Virus record (IMG/VR): IMGVR_UViG_3300006147_000008
Location: 19,905-83,904 of that record
Length of the DNA stretch: 64,000 nucleotides
Direction: 5' to 3' (one strand)
Source of the DNA: a virus
Lineage: Duplodnaviria > Heunggongvirae > Uroviricota > Caudoviricetes
The position numbers and the translations under genes are program-made. Shown in pieces: positions 1-10,148 of this stretch. The notes below the pieces were generated by a model. It ran no database searches. It worked only from the letters and a program-made list of their open reading frames with translations, and was not told where the DNA came from. Numbering within the stretch: position 1 is the stretch's first letter; the number at the start of each line of letters is the position of its first letter.

Positions 1-146
1 ACTGCTGACAATCGATCCGACCGTGACACCATACTTCTTACCACGTACAGTATCACAGGCCACACGTGTGCCGGGGAGCAGCTGGGGGCCGATTTGGTCA
101 GGGACTTCAAACCAGTACGCCTTACCACAGCTCCCGTGTTTTACCA
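1..146 (-). CDS. hypothetical protein, N-terminal fragment (gene continues beyond window start)
   Basis: ATG at 146 preceded by GGAGGTG RBS; reads MNVVMVKHGSCGKAYWFEVPDQIGPQLLPG... off the window edge; type-2 leader box at 176-194 upstream. Confidence 0.4.
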
Positions 147-635
147 TTACAACATTCATTGTAGGCACCTCCGAAATAAGATTTTGTTGCAGGCTATAAA
201 TATAAGATAACACGGATTTCCAACTTTGTCAAGAGGAAATCCGTGATTTTGTTTCGCTTTATTTTGAAATGTACGGTTCGATGTGGAGGAGCACCGCCAT
301 GGGGTCGTTGCAATCTTTCAATGTGTTCTTGTAGTGCTGTTTCCACCAGTCGTGCAATAGTTCGGCATTCTTTATGGGGAGGTACTCTTTCATAAGCAGC
401 TGAGGATCATTCTGGGATGCGTAGTCCAATCCCATGAGGTGTAAATCGTCTTCGTCGAACTCTGATAGGGGCTTCACAAAAGTCTTCGTAACGAGCGCAT
501 ACCGGCGAATGGCAAAGTCAGGCATCTGCCTGGTGGCACTTCGTTTTACCGCTTCCGCAAATTTTGTTGCATCCAAAGCGAGAGATGTTTCTGGTACACA
601 CAACTTATCATCAGAGCAGTACCTAGATGGTGTCG

Positions 636-1004
636 TCAATAAACGAGGAGCCAAATGGCAATACAACGAATTTGGACAGCAGCGACGAAGGAAGCGACAT
701 TTTTGGCGTAGCGCGTAGCAATGCCGCGCCAGCGCTTGAGAAGAAGAAAAGCGTTCTCAACGAGATGGCGAAGTTTGTAAAGATATTCGTCGTATTCACG
801 TAATTCTTTGCGGTTTTTCTTTGGAGGGATAACTGGCGTCATTCCCTCGTCAGCAGCTTTGAGAATGATTGCGTCTGTATCATAGCCCCGATCTGCCAGA
901 AGATATTCCGCTTGGAAGCCCTCGATCAACTGCGCTGCAATTGTGCAATCCGCTGTGGTACCAGAAGTGACAAAGAATCGCACCGGCATACCATGCGCAT
1001 CCAC
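636..1004 (-). CDS. IS5-family transposase OrfB (DDE catalytic part), overlaps OrfA (likely programmed frameshift)
   Basis: DDE_Tnp_1-like sequence (LLADRGYDTD...KLRHLVENAF..LK.WRGIATRY); 79-nt overlap with OrfA in different frame. Confidence 0.8.
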   Translation of the reverse strand: MDAHGMPVRFFVTSGTTADCTIAAQLIEGFQAEYLLADRGYDTDAIILKAADEGMTPVIPPKKNRKELREYDEYLYKLRHLVENAFLLLKRWRGIATRYAKNVASFVAAVQIRCIAIWLLVY

Positions 1005-1399
1005 GGCCAGATGTATTTTGGTGTTGAGCCCCCTTTTGTACGGCCCATTGCCTGGTTTCCACCTCGAGCGCCAGTGGCGTCAGGATGTACTTTGACATGG
1101 CTGGCATCGATCATCAGCCACTCAAAGTCGGTGTCATCCACCAGCGCTTCCAGAATCTTTTCCCAAATCCCCTTGTCGCGCCACCGGCAGAACCGCCGGT
1201 GTACATTCTTCCAATTTCCATATGTTTCCGGCAAATCCCGCCAGGGTGCTCCGGTGCGTAAGATCCAGAATACACCGTTGATAAACTGCCGTGTATCTCG
1301 GGCATTGCCTCCGCGCGTCCCCTTTTCGCCTATCGTGTATGGTCTTATTTTCTCCCAAGCTCTGTCGCTTATATCATGTCGATGCTGTTCTCTTGCCAT
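926..1399 (-). CDS. IS5-family transposase OrfA (N-terminal HTH/DUF4096-like part)
   Basis: Protein contains GAPWRDLPE..YG.W..V..RF..W motif typical of IS5 family N-terminal domain. Confidence 0.8.
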   Translation of the reverse strand: MAREQHRHDISDRAWEKIRPYTIGEKGTRGGNARDTRQFINGVFWILRTGAPWRDLPETYGNWKNVHRRFCRWRDKGIWEKILEALVDDTDFEWLMIDASHVKVHPDATGARGGNQAMGRTKGGSTPKYIWPWMRMVCRCDSLSLLVPQRIAQLQRS

Positions 1400-1638
1400 T
1401 TTTCTGCCCCCCGCTTCTTTTGGGGACTATTATAACACACCTTTATTGACGACACCATCTAATAGCCACGAGAACCTTTTGAGATTTTTCTTCGCCCTCT
1501 TTGGTGGTGATTGCTTCGGTCATGGTGATCCTTTTGAACGGCTCTTTGATACAGAGCACGTCGCCGGCCTGTACTACGTCATCAGGGTCGCACGGGACGG
1601 CGAATGCGGGGAGAGTACCGTGCTCCCACCTATGCAGA

Positions 1639-2511
1639 TCAAGCAGGTTCATGTTGAGATACATTGATTGCCTCCAATCTCTGCTGGGCAACTTCCGCCC
1701 AAGGCAGTCCATAAAAATGGCTTTTCTTCTTATCACAGATGCCATTGTCAATACCGATGTACTGCCGCCCTTCCAGCTTGGCGGCAATCAACGTAGCGCC
1801 AGTGCCACAGCAGTTGTCCAACACCAGAGCGCCGGGGTTGGTATAGGTGCGTATGATATAGCGAAGTAGCTCCACAGGTTTTTCAGTGGCATGAAGCGCA
1901 ACAGATGGGTGTGGCTTGGGGAAGCTCCAAATTGACGCTGGGTACTTCATATCGCTGTCGGAAGACTGGACAAGAGTGTAGTTACCATAGCTCCTATTGG
2001 AGTGGATGTCCTCAGCCTGTTTACCAACCGCCCGCCCCTTACTGTGGTTTTTCTCACCCTTCACCATCTGAGGGTTATAGGGTGGTGGAGATTTGTAAAA
2101 CACCATGATATCCTCGTGTTCTCGAAGGGGCATCTTTTTTGCGTTTAGAAAACCGCTTTTGAGTACCTTATCCCAAATAATGTTGTAGCGGTGGAGCTTT
2201 GGGTTAGAAAGCATCATGGTGGCGGTGAACTTGTCTTGCCCGAAGAGAAGGATTGCACCGTTCGGCTTGATGATCCGTTCGTACTGCTCCCAGAGTGGGA
2301 CGGGTGATATCACCACGTCCCACTTATTCTGGGTCGCTCCGTAGGGTAAGTCGCAGAGAATCAAATCTATGCTCTCGGTGTCAATCTCTTTCATTACTTC
2401 CAGGCAGTCACCATTGATGACGGTGTTGGAAGCGATACTCATTACAGCTCCTCCTCGTCTTTGGTCATGGTAAATGCCACAACGGGTGCGTTGAAGGTTT
2501 CTGCCGCCCAT
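1639..2511 (-). CDS. DNA methyltransferase (N6-adenine/N4-cytosine, beta-class, DPPY motif)
   Basis: LCDLPYG (motif IV) near N-terminus and CCGTGAT (motif I) near C-terminus. Confidence 0.75.
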   Translation of the reverse strand: MGGRNLQRTRCGIYHDQRRGGAVMSIASNTVINGDCLEVMKEIDTESIDLILCDLPYGATQNKWDVVISPVPLWEQYERIIKPNGAILLFGQDKFTATMMLSNPKLHRYNIIWDKVLKSGFLNAKKMPLREHEDIMVFYKSPPPYNPQMVKGEKNHSKGRAVGKQAEDIHSNRSYGNYTLVQSSDSDMKYPASIWSFPKPHPSVALHATEKPVELLRYIIRTYTNPGALVLDNCCGTGATLIAAKLEGRQYIGIDNGICDKKKSHFYGLPWAEVAQQRLEAINVSQHEPA

Positions 2512-2744
2512 TGACGTAGCACATCCTGAGCTTCGTCAATCAGAACACCAGGCAGCTTCAATCCCCGTGTCTGGCTTTTCACCGAAATGGGTTCAGGGAT
2601 GCTCACACCCAGCGCCATAGCCTTTTCCATGATGACCCTCTTTTTGCACTCTGTCCCTACAATGATAGGGTATCCAGTGCAGGCCGACGTGTAAATCAGT
2701 GCCGTGGCCTTTCCTTGACCACGCTTCATGAACAGACCCTTCAT
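2442..2744 (-). CDS. hypothetical protein
   Basis: 100-aa ORF co-oriented, overlaps MTase start region; no recognised motif. Confidence 0.3.
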   Translation of the reverse strand: MKGLFMKRGQGKATALIYTSACTGYPIIVGTECKKRVIMEKAMALGVSIPEPISVKSQTRGLKLPGVLIDEAQDVLRQWAAETFNAPVVAFTMTKDEEEL

Positions 2745-2793
2745 AGTTACACCTCTTTATCAAAAAGTAGTTTCATTCAGACTTTTAGCTTAT

Positions 2794-3645
2794 TTATCCG
2801 TTCTCTTCCAGATACGCTTTCACACGTTCACAGTCCCAGTAGGCGGAGAAGGTGCCCAAGGCCATGTCAATCAGGTAGAACTTTTTATCGCCAGCCTCCA
2901 TGAGATCGACAGACCAAATTCCTTTCAGCCCGGTAACGTTTGCCAAAGCCTTTTCTACCAGCTCTACAGCAAATTGGGAAACTTCCTGGAAGCGGCTGAC
3001 CAGCTGTGGATACACAGCCTCATAGACAATTTTGTCTGAGGGGTTACGACTTATGGCCTCGTGGCAGTAGTCCCAATCCCAGTAGTTTTTCGCATAGACG
3101 GCTTGATGCCGGTCAAAGTCATAGAATACACGGATTTCACAACGTAGCGGCATCCCAGAGTAGATAGTGACAACATTCCATGGCGTGCCAATAAACTCGC
3201 GGGCAATCAGCTCTGTGTTACCTCCGGTTTCAAAACACAGGGACTGATAGTTGATATTGACAATACTGCTGGTCAGTGCCATCAAATCACTGCTCTGGCA
3301 CATACATTGTCTGAACTCAAACTTATTGGAAAAGGAGCCGTTCTTAATAAACCACAGCGGCCCATCGAGATCCTTCCGAACAGCGGGGTAGAACGTGTCT
3401 CTGACCCACTTGTAAATCTCCTCCATAATCTGAATTTGTGTCATGCCACGCTTCTCCATGAAGAACAGCTCCATGATTTCAGGCGGAACGGACTGGATTA
3501 CAGTTTTAGGGATCAAAAGGTTATCACCATTTCCAACATCCTTGATTTTGGGGAACCAGAAAGACAGGTTATTGGGGCTTCCGGCCAGATCCTTGTAGTA
3601 GTCCATAAAGCCCGGAGTTATTGTTGTAGTGATTTTCTTCTCCAT
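2794..3645 (-). CDS. hypothetical protein (283 aa)
   Basis: Long intact ORF in operon context; no confident family assignment. Confidence 0.5.
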   Translation of the reverse strand: MEKKITTTITPGFMDYYKDLAGSPNNLSFWFPKIKDVGNGDNLLIPKTVIQSVPPEIMELFFMEKRGMTQIQIMEEIYKWVRDTFYPAVRKDLDGPLWFIKNGSFSNKFEFRQCMCQSSDLMALTSSIVNINYQSLCFETGGNTELIAREFIGTPWNVVTIYSGMPLRCEIRVFYDFDRHQAVYAKNYWDWDYCHEAISRNPSDKIVYEAVYPQLVSRFQEVSQFAVELVEKALANVTGLKGIWSVDLMEAGDKKFYLIDMALGTFSAYWDCERVKAYLEENG

Positions 3646-3651
3646 TGGTAA

Positions 3652-3990
3652 TCACTTCCTTTCCGTGCGTTGCTGCTCTGCAAGCTGATTATTAACGTAG
3701 TCACAGACCTCGCAGTATTCCCGAATAGCGTGAGATAGTTTTTCCTGTTTATCCCTTGGGAGAGTTTCGGCGGTCTTGCCCAAGAGCATCGTCATGTGGT
3801 CAAGAGGGACGGTCATATCCCCCGTAAGTGTAGACAAAGTAGTTTTCGGAAACCACTTGTCATGCGGTTCATTCATCCACCTGTGTACCCATTCCTCCCG
3901 CTCAGGGTTGATGGGAAAACCCATCAACCCCAGCAAGGTAGTTTCAAATAGCGGCTGAGGCATGGTTTGAAGGTACTGAAATACTGTCAT
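3652..3990 (-). CDS. hypothetical protein
   Basis: 112-aa ORF, tight spacing to neighbours. Confidence 0.45.
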   Translation of the reverse strand: MTVFQYLQTMPQPLFETTLLGLMGFPINPEREEWVHRWMNEPHDKWFPKTTLSTLTGDMTVPLDHMTMLLGKTAETLPRDKQEKLSHAIREYCEVCDYVNNQLAEQQRTERK

Positions 3991-3999
3991 GTTAGCCCC

Positions 4000-4305
4000 C
4001 TAAATCTTTTGTCCTTCTACCTGGTAGCCCAAGCGAACCCTTTTCCATTCGCTTTTGAGAAGAGCTTTCAGCTCAGTTGCAACACCCTTGCACATTCGGG
4101 CGGTCTGTCCTGTCACTTCGTATTCACAGAGATAGGTGCCATCCTCCGACGTTCCAAAGCCTACATAGATGTTAAGGCGGTTTGCCCAGTCAATAACCTC
4201 ATCAACTTTCGCCTTGTGTTGTTCATAGTAGGCGCTGACATCTTCCACATTCTCTTCCAGAAGCCAAGACCCACGCACAAACTTCTCTTTTGCCATGCCG
4301 CTCAC
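4000..4305 (-). CDS. hypothetical protein
   Basis: 101-aa ORF, 4-nt overlap with downstream gene. Confidence 0.45.
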   Translation of the reverse strand: MSGMAKEKFVRGSWLLEENVEDVSAYYEQHKAKVDEVIDWANRLNIYVGFGTSEDGTYLCEYEVTGQTARMCKGVATELKALLKSEWKRVRLGYQVEGQKI

Positions 4306-5315
4306 CGTTTTCCTGTGGTGCCGAACCCGCCACGGTCAGCGTTGCCCAGCGAAGTCACTGCCTCAAAATGAAGCTGGGGCTGGTGCTTATCAATGCGGAA
4401 CTGGCAAATGCGGTCGCCGACGTGGATTTCAGTATCACGCATGGCGATGGCCGGGAAGTGCCACTGATCATTGTCACCACAATAGCTTTCGTCGATCATG
4501 CCAATGTGGTTGGCCTGGATGATGCCAAAGTTTTTGAAGGTAGAGCTACGGGGGATCATGTACGCCTCATAACCCTTGGGGAGCTGCATAGCAATACCCA
4601 ATGGGATCAACTTGTAGTCCCCCTTCTTCATGGTGGCGTCCTCGGCAGCATAGAGGTCGATCCAGTCAGACTTGCCGTCGATATAGCTCAGAGGCGGGAT
4701 GTCCGGGGAAAGATAGCGTACCTTAATGGTCTGGGTACTCGAAGTGCGTCGCAGCATCTCAGCCGCCGCCTTGTCGTTCAGGATCTCCAGAACATGGCTC
4801 ACCAGTGTGTCATACCCAGCGAAGTCCCCGTTGATATGGCAGCAGTCAACGTTGTGGGCTTCCAAAAACCGCAGCAGATCCTCACTGAGTTTGTCGCTCT
4901 CAGCTTCAGTCTGGAAGCGCCCTGCCTCATTGTAGGGCTTTACTCGATGGACATACACGTTTACACTGTCATAGTGGTTGAACACTTTGAGGGTGAGGTC
5001 GTTGAACTCCTTGCCCAGCACCTGATCGTTTTTGCCATAAAAGGCGGAGAGAAGGATGGGCGAGTCAGTAATCGCCACGTCCACTTTGCCAACAAGCCGG
5101 CTGATGCGGAAATACTGTTTACCGAAGATGTACGCCTGGTTCTCAAAGACAGCTTTTGTCTCCTCCCAGACCTTATCTTTGGCGAACTCTGTGACAAGTT
5201 CGGCGTTGATGCCAGCAGCTTTTAGCTGGGAGAAAACATAGGCCGCTCCAGTGGACTTACCCGCACCGGGAGCACCAAACAGATTGATGATCAACATTTT
5301 CAGAAACCTCCTCAT
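4302..5315 (-). CDS. P-loop NTPase (kinase-like) fused to trimeric dUTPase
   Basis: N-term GAPGAGKST Walker A; C-term dUTPase motifs [10 protein letters not shown] (motif 3) and RGGFGTTG (motif 5). Confidence 0.7.
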   Translation of the reverse strand: MRRFLKMLIINLFGAPGAGKSTGAAYVFSQLKAAGINAELVTEFAKDKVWEETKAVFENQAYIFGKQYFRISRLVGKVDVAITDSPILLSAFYGKNDQVLGKEFNDLTLKVFNHYDSVNVYVHRVKPYNEAGRFQTEAESDKLSEDLLRFLEAHNVDCCHINGDFAGYDTLVSHVLEILNDKAAAEMLRRTSSTQTIKVRYLSPDIPPLSYIDGKSDWIDLYAAEDATMKKGDYKLIPLGIAMQLPKGYEAYMIPRSSTFKNFGIIQANHIGMIDESYCGDNDQWHFPAIAMRDTEIHVGDRICQFRIDKHQPQLHFEAVTSLGNADRGGFGTTGKR

Positions 5316-5839
5316 TGTTTCTCGTAAAGAATGATTTTGCCTTGCTTGATAGTTTTCTGCACGTCAATCACACGTTGATTGGCGGAACCGCGCCAATTCA
5401 AAGCACGGTCGGCCTGTGCCTCAATAAAGGGGCCATCAATCACCACGTCACAACGCATCAGAAGCTCCTGCTTCATAATGCCAATGTTACTGTAATGGTT
5501 GTTATTGAAGAGATCTTCCCATAAGAAGCCTGTCCAAAGCCATACCGTCTTGTCCATACATTTGGTGATCTTGCACAGTTCGTTCAGGTAAAAGATGCCA
5601 TGGGGATTTTGACACATTGGGTCGCCGCCCAGTATACTTAACCCACTAACGGTGGGTTCCTTCAGCATCGTGCTCAACTCAAAAAGGGTGTCTGTGGTAA
5701 AGAGCTTGCCATACTCAAAGTCCTGCGCCTCTGGGTTGAAGCAACCAGGACAGTGGTTGGTACATCCGCTCACGAAGAGGGAGGTGCGGACTCCCTCTCC
5801 GTTTGCGATGTCGTGATTACGAATTGCGGCGTAATTCAT
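5312..5839 (-). CDS. nrdG: anaerobic ribonucleotide reductase activating protein (radical SAM)
   Basis: [12 protein letters not shown] CxxxCxxC cluster; immediately downstream of nrdD. Confidence 0.8.
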   Translation of the reverse strand: MNYAAIRNHDIANGEGVRTSLFVSGCTNHCPGCFNPEAQDFEYGKLFTTDTLFELSTMLKEPTVSGLSILGGDPMCQNPHGIFYLNELCKITKCMDKTVWLWTGFLWEDLFNNNHYSNIGIMKQELLMRCDVVIDGPFIEAQADRALNWRGSANQRVIDVQKTIKQGKIILYEKQ

Positions 5840-6066
5840 TTGCCATTCTCCAAATTCCCAAGTTCATGTTGTGCCCACATTGAAATTCCTTTTGGAATAT
5901 TTGCCTGGTAGTATTCTGTTCCATTGAAATTTTTACAGCCTTTACACCCAACAAGGGTACAAGAGATTTCATTCTTCCAATGTTCGGATGCCGGTTCTTC
6001 ACACATTGCCCCACATGGCAGGCAGATAACATCCGCCATATTACTCTTCACCTCCGAGGTGGACAT
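5836..6066 (-). CDS. small Cys-rich hypothetical protein between nrdD and nrdG
   Basis: 76-aa ORF with CxxC...CxxC pattern; overlaps nrdD end by about 26 nt. Confidence 0.35.
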   Translation of the reverse strand: MSTSEVKSNMADVICLPCGAMCEEPASEHWKNEISCTLVGCKGCKNFNGTEYYQANIPKGISMWAQHELGNLENGK

Positions 6067-8353
6067 ACCGTTCCTTGATTTCCTCTGTCCGTCCCTGGTT
6101 CCAGTCGTTCAGACCGATGTAACCACAGGTACGGCGGGCAATGTTCATTTTGGTCTTGTCAGTGTTCCCACAGTTGGGGCAGCGCCACACCAGTTTGTCA
6201 CGTTCATCTTCCACGATTTCGATTTCCTTATCCCAGCCGCACACTTGGCAGTAATCGGATTTCGTGTTGATTTCCGCGTACATGATGTTTTCGTAAATGT
6301 ACTTCAACACTGTCATGACTGCGGGAATGTTGTCGGTGAGGTTCGCCACCTCAATGTAGCTGATTGCCCCACCGGGAGACAGCCTCTGGAACTGAGACTC
6401 AAACTTGAGCTTGTCAAAAGCGTCGATATGCTCCGTAACATGAACGTGGTAGCTGTTTGTGATATACCCCTTGTCGGTAATACCCTCGATCACACCAAAG
6501 CGCTGCTGAAGGCATTTGGCGAATTTGTAGGTAGTGCTCTCAATGGGTGTCCCATAAAGGGAATAGTCGATATCCTCCGCAGCTTTCCACTCAGCACACT
6601 TGTCGTTCATGCGCTGCATGACCTGCAACGCGAAAGTCTCACCACCAGGATCGGTATGGCTTACGCCAGTCATAGCCTTAACACACTCATACAAGCCGGC
6701 GTACCCCAAAGAGATAGTAGAGTAGCCACCATAGAGGAGCTTATCAATCTTTTCTCCTTTTTTGAGACGGGCCAAAGCGCCATACTGCCAATGGATGGGA
6801 GATGCGTCAGATATGGTGCCCAACAACCGCTCGTGACGAATACGAAGGGCACGGTGACACAGCTCCAGCCGCTCATCAAAAATCTCCCAGAAGGTTTCAA
6901 ATAGGGCTTTCAGATCGTCATGATCCTCAAGTGCCTGCCAAGTGTGCAAAGCACTCAAAGCTACGTCAGGAAGATTGATGGTGACAACACCTTGATTGAA
7001 GCGCCCATAGTATTTGGGCTTTCCAGGCTGATAGTTGCCAGCGTTGGCGATATTGTTCCAGCCGTTGCCAGAACGGTCAGGCGTGAGGAAAGAGCGACAG
7101 CCCATGCAGGTGTATACGTCGCCGTTACCCTCAGTCTCGCCCAGTGACAGCTTGTATTCCCTCATTTTCTTTGCGGAAATGTAGTCAGGAACAAGCCGTT
7201 TGGCGGAGCAACCCGCGCACATCACGGATAGATAGTAGTAGGGTGAACCCTCAAAAACGTTATCTTTATCCAGCACATAGATGAGCTTGGGGAATGCTGG
7301 TGTAATCCACACACCCTTCTCGTTCTTGACTCCCTGCCGACGCTGCCGTACAACCTCTTCAATGACCATAGCAAGGTCTTTTTTGCCTTGCGGATCGTCA
7401 ACCTCGCCCAAGTTCATGTAGACGGTGATAAATGGAGCCTGCCCATTTGTGGTCATGAGGGTGATAACCTGATATTGAATGGTTTGGACTCCACGTTTGA
7501 CTTCATCGCGGACACGGCGTTCGGTTACACGTTGGGCATACCTCTCATAGTGGTTTGAGCCAATGGTCATGGCGATTTCGCCGTTTTCGATGCCCTCATT
7601 CAATTCTTCATAGACCTGTTGCCGGATTTTCTGGCGACTGATCTCCACAAAGGGCGAAAGATGGGCCAAAGAAATAGACTGTCCGCCATATTGATTGGAT
7701 GCCACCTGTGCAATGATCTGTGTGGCGACATTACACGCCGTAGAAAAAGAGTGCGGCTTCTCAATTAACGTGCCAGAGATAACGGTGCCATTTTGTAGCA
7801 TATCTTCCAGGTTGATGAGACAGCAATTCATCATGTGTTGGACAAAGTAATCACTGTCGTGGAAATGAATGATACCCTCGTCGTGTGCCTGCCGAATCTC
7901 GTCAGGGAGCAACTGACGGTTGGTTACATCGCGGCTTACCTCGCCGGCGATGTAGTCCCGCTGCACGGAAAGAATGGTGGGGTTTTTGTTGCTGTTTTCT
8001 TGGATCACCGTTTCGTTGATGCCATCCGCAATGGAAAGGATCTTGCCATCAAGAGTAGAGGCGTTGCGCAGCAGTTCATGCTCATAGCGGTACTTGATAT
8101 ACGCTTTGGCAAGGTCAAACCGCCCCTCTTTCATCAGCTCTGTCTCCACATCGTCTTGGATCTCCTCGACGGAAATCGTGCGGTTGCGGCGCTTATACCG
8201 AGAATAGAGCCGTTCGGTAATCCGCTTGGAAAGCTCATCCTTGTCCTTAATGGGGTGGATTTTGTCAACCTCGTCTGCCGCCCGGTGGACGGCATTGTAA
8301 ATTTTGCTCTTGTTGAAAACGACCTCGCGGCCATCACGCTTGATTACTACCAT
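6041..8353 (-). CDS. nrdD: anaerobic ribonucleoside-triphosphate reductase (class III)
   Basis: 770 aa; C-terminal glycyl-radical motif RRTCGYIGL; Cys-rich zinc ribbon (CQVCG...CPNCG) before it. Confidence 0.9.
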   Translation of the reverse strand: MVVIKRDGREVVFNKSKIYNAVHRAADEVDKIHPIKDKDELSKRITERLYSRYKRRNRTISVEEIQDDVETELMKEGRFDLAKAYIKYRYEHELLRNASTLDGKILSIADGINETVIQENSNKNPTILSVQRDYIAGEVSRDVTNRQLLPDEIRQAHDEGIIHFHDSDYFVQHMMNCCLINLEDMLQNGTVISGTLIEKPHSFSTACNVATQIIAQVASNQYGGQSISLAHLSPFVEISRQKIRQQVYEELNEGIENGEIAMTIGSNHYERYAQRVTERRVRDEVKRGVQTIQYQVITLMTTNGQAPFITVYMNLGEVDDPQGKKDLAMVIEEVVRQRRQGVKNEKGVWITPAFPKLIYVLDKDNVFEGSPYYYLSVMCAGCSAKRLVPDYISAKKMREYKLSLGETEGNGDVYTCMGCRSFLTPDRSGNGWNNIANAGNYQPGKPKYYGRFNQGVVTINLPDVALSALHTWQALEDHDDLKALFETFWEIFDERLELCHRALRIRHERLLGTISDASPIHWQYGALARLKKGEKIDKLLYGGYSTISLGYAGLYECVKAMTGVSHTDPGGETFALQVMQRMNDKCAEWKAAEDIDYSLYGTPIESTTYKFAKCLQQRFGVIEGITDKGYITNSYHVHVTEHIDAFDKLKFESQFQRLSPGGAISYIEVANLTDNIPAVMTVLKYIYENIMYAEINTKSDYCQVCGWDKEIEIVEDERDKLVWRCPNCGNTDKTKMNIARRTCGYIGLNDWNQGRTEEIKERYVHLGGEE

Positions 8354-8927
8354 CTAAACTCTCCTTCCACTTCATGAAGTCGATACGGCGGCGGATGATA
8401 CGCTCAACATCATCCCAGGTCTGAACACGGGCGATACCATGAGCCGCATTGTCGAAGCCGTGGTTATGAGGACGGTCGAACAAAATAGGTACATATTCAC
8501 CGTCAATCAGGTTGTGCGGAGCGTCGTCAATCAGGAAGTCCCCCTTCACCAGTTGCTTGTTTGCGGTGATGATAACGTGGTTCCAGTCCAGGAAGGGGAA
8601 TAGCTGTAAGATACGCTCCATTTTGGCCTTACAGGTCTGGTAGCCCGTAGCAGTGACCATGTAGAGCTGATGCCCCTCGTTGTAGAGCCTTTGCAGCACT
8701 TCCAGACTGCCAGGGACACGTTCAAGCCTATGAAACAGCTCATCCTCGTTGAGCACACCAAAAACCTGTTCCCTGGTCAGTGTTGGAAATGCCAAGGCGA
8801 TATCCCAATCGGTTACATCCTCAATCCTAACCGACGTGCCGTAGCGCTCATTGAGGAGCGCTATCCAGCAGTCGCACAGGTTCTCCACGGTGTCGTCGGC
8901 GTCAAATAAGATTGTCAGCGGCTTCAT
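8334..8927 (-). CDS. HAD-family 5'(3')-deoxyribonucleotidase
   Basis: ILFDADDTV (DxDxT) motif; probable start MKPLTIL at about 8927 (ATGA overlap with upstream gene). Confidence 0.65.
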   Translation of the reverse strand: MKPLTILFDADDTVENLCDCWIALLNERYGTSVRIEDVTDWDIALAFPTLTREQVFGVLNEDELFHRLERVPGSLEVLQRLYNEGHQLYMVTATGYQTCKAKMERILQLFPFLDWNHVIITANKQLVKGDFLIDDAPHNLIDGEYVPILFDRPHNHGFDNAAHGIARVQTWDDVERIIRRRIDFMKWKESLDGSNQA

Positions 8928-9490
8928 TCTTTGCGCCTCCTGATAGTGATACCCGTCCAATCAAGCAATCCACGCTGGATCAAGCCAGCCACCATCGTCT
9001 GTAAATCTTCCAAGGTGCCGTCATTGATGATGTGGAGATCGTAATGGTAGTTATCCAAAGCTGTCTCAGATGGGTGCATCTGCTGTTTGTCGGTCAACGG
9101 AGAGACAAAATTGGGACGCTCCACACGGAGCAAAGAGGCATCCATACCATAGTTTTTGAAGATCTCAAACTCATTGGGGAAACGGGTATCGGGGATGAGC
9201 ACGTAGTCCCACTCATCGGGAAACATGGACAGAATGCCTACGATGAAGTCCACCCAATAATCTGGGGACTGTGCCCGAATCTTATCAGTGCCGACGTACT
9301 GCAAAAGCGTCCGCCCCTTTTCATCCTTCTTACCGTCCCAACCGAAGAACTTGGTACAGACGTACTTGACCAGATCCCCGAAATGAGCAATCAGGACTTT
9401 CTTCCCCTGGGCGGTCAATTCATCCGCCATGAATTGTGCCGTGGTGTCTTTGCCGTTCTGTGCTTTACCCGAAATGCAGATAATCTTCAT
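8924..9490 (-). CDS. deoxynucleoside monophosphate kinase (P-loop)
   Basis: ISGKAQNGKDT Walker A at N-terminus; 188 aa typical of phage dNMP kinases. Confidence 0.65.
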   Translation of the reverse strand: MKIICISGKAQNGKDTTAQFMADELTAQGKKVLIAHFGDLVKYVCTKFFGWDGKKDEKGRTLLQYVGTDKIRAQSPDYWVDFIVGILSMFPDEWDYVLIPDTRFPNEFEIFKNYGMDASLLRVERPNFVSPLTDKQQMHPSETALDNYHYDLHIINDGTLEDLQTMVAGLIQRGLLDWTGITIRRRKE

Positions 9491-10116
9491 GCTGCCACCT
9501 CAATATCGTCAAAAACCACGGGGATGAGCTGCTTCAACCCTTCCAGCAAAGGAATCGCCACCTCACGCATCTGGGGATGAGCAGCGGGCGCACAGCGGAG
9601 CTTAAAGAAATGTCGCCATTCACGGATGTTGGCCGTCATAACCACCTCAGTTTTGAGGCTATTGGGAAGGACGCTACGGGCTTCTTGGGCAGAACAGCCG
9701 AGATCCAACATCCTAAAATAGGAGAACTCAGCATTCTTCATGGCGGACTCCCATGCTGCCCACTGCGGAGTGTCATGCACCAAGAAGCAAGGCTCAATAA
9801 CGGTGATTTCACTGCCGAAACTGTTCTTAGAGTAGTTGCAGTAGCGAGTGCTCTCCTGGCAGTACGCCGCAAGGCGATGCCGGACAATCTCGTGGCTGAC
9901 CCCACGATCCACAATGAATTTCACCGTAATGGACTGGTGCTCCAATACGGCCTCGTGGCCGCGCTTGATAATACCGGCCACAAATTTTGTGGCGCTGTCT
10001 TCGGTAATTTTGTCCTCAGACTTGTAGCAAACACGGCCAGCCTGCTCGATTGACTTCAAGATTTCCATGCTATTGATAGGCGTCACAACCTCAAAGCCTG
10101 CTTTGATAATTTTCAT
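9487..10116 (-). CDS. thyX: flavin-dependent thymidylate synthase
   Basis: ThyX signature EIVRHRLAAYCQESTRY (RHRxxxxxS); 209 aa. Confidence 0.85.
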   Translation of the reverse strand: MKIIKAGFEVVTPINSMEILKSIEQAGRVCYKSEDKITEDSATKFVAGIIKRGHEAVLEHQSITVKFIVDRGVSHEIVRHRLAAYCQESTRYCNYSKNSFGSEITVIEPCFLVHDTPQWAAWESAMKNAEFSYFRMLDLGCSAQEARSVLPNSLKTEVVMTANIREWRHFFKLRCAPAAHPQMREVAIPLLEGLKQLIPVVFDDIEVAA

Positions 10117-10148
10117 AGTAGTACCTCCATGAGAGATTTTGTTGTATG

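Larger units (their letters stand above)
626..1459 (-). mobile_element. IS5-family insertion sequence (IS427/IS1031-like), about 834 bp
   Basis: Perfect 18-bp terminal inverted repeats GATGGTGTCGTCAATAAA at 626-643 and (rc) 1442-1459, flanked by TA/TA; two overlapping transposase ORFs inside. Confidence 0.8.
259..1664 (-). pseudogene. hypothetical gene interrupted by IS5-family element (exon-like parts about 1460-1664 and 259-625)
   Basis: ORF starting at RBS-preceded ATG about 1664 runs into IS right end; ORF 259..666 continues in the same frame once 836 bp (IS + one TA copy) are removed. Confidence 0.5.

Noticed and set aside
912-1667. 251-aa plus-strand ORF
   Set aside because: Antisense to the IS5 transposase ORFs and the disrupted gene; no RBS; a Pro/Arg/Ser-rich shadow ORF.
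4290-5225. 311-aa plus-strand ORF
   Set aside because: Lies entirely antisense to the kinase-dUTPase gene, whose conserved motifs identify the real frame.
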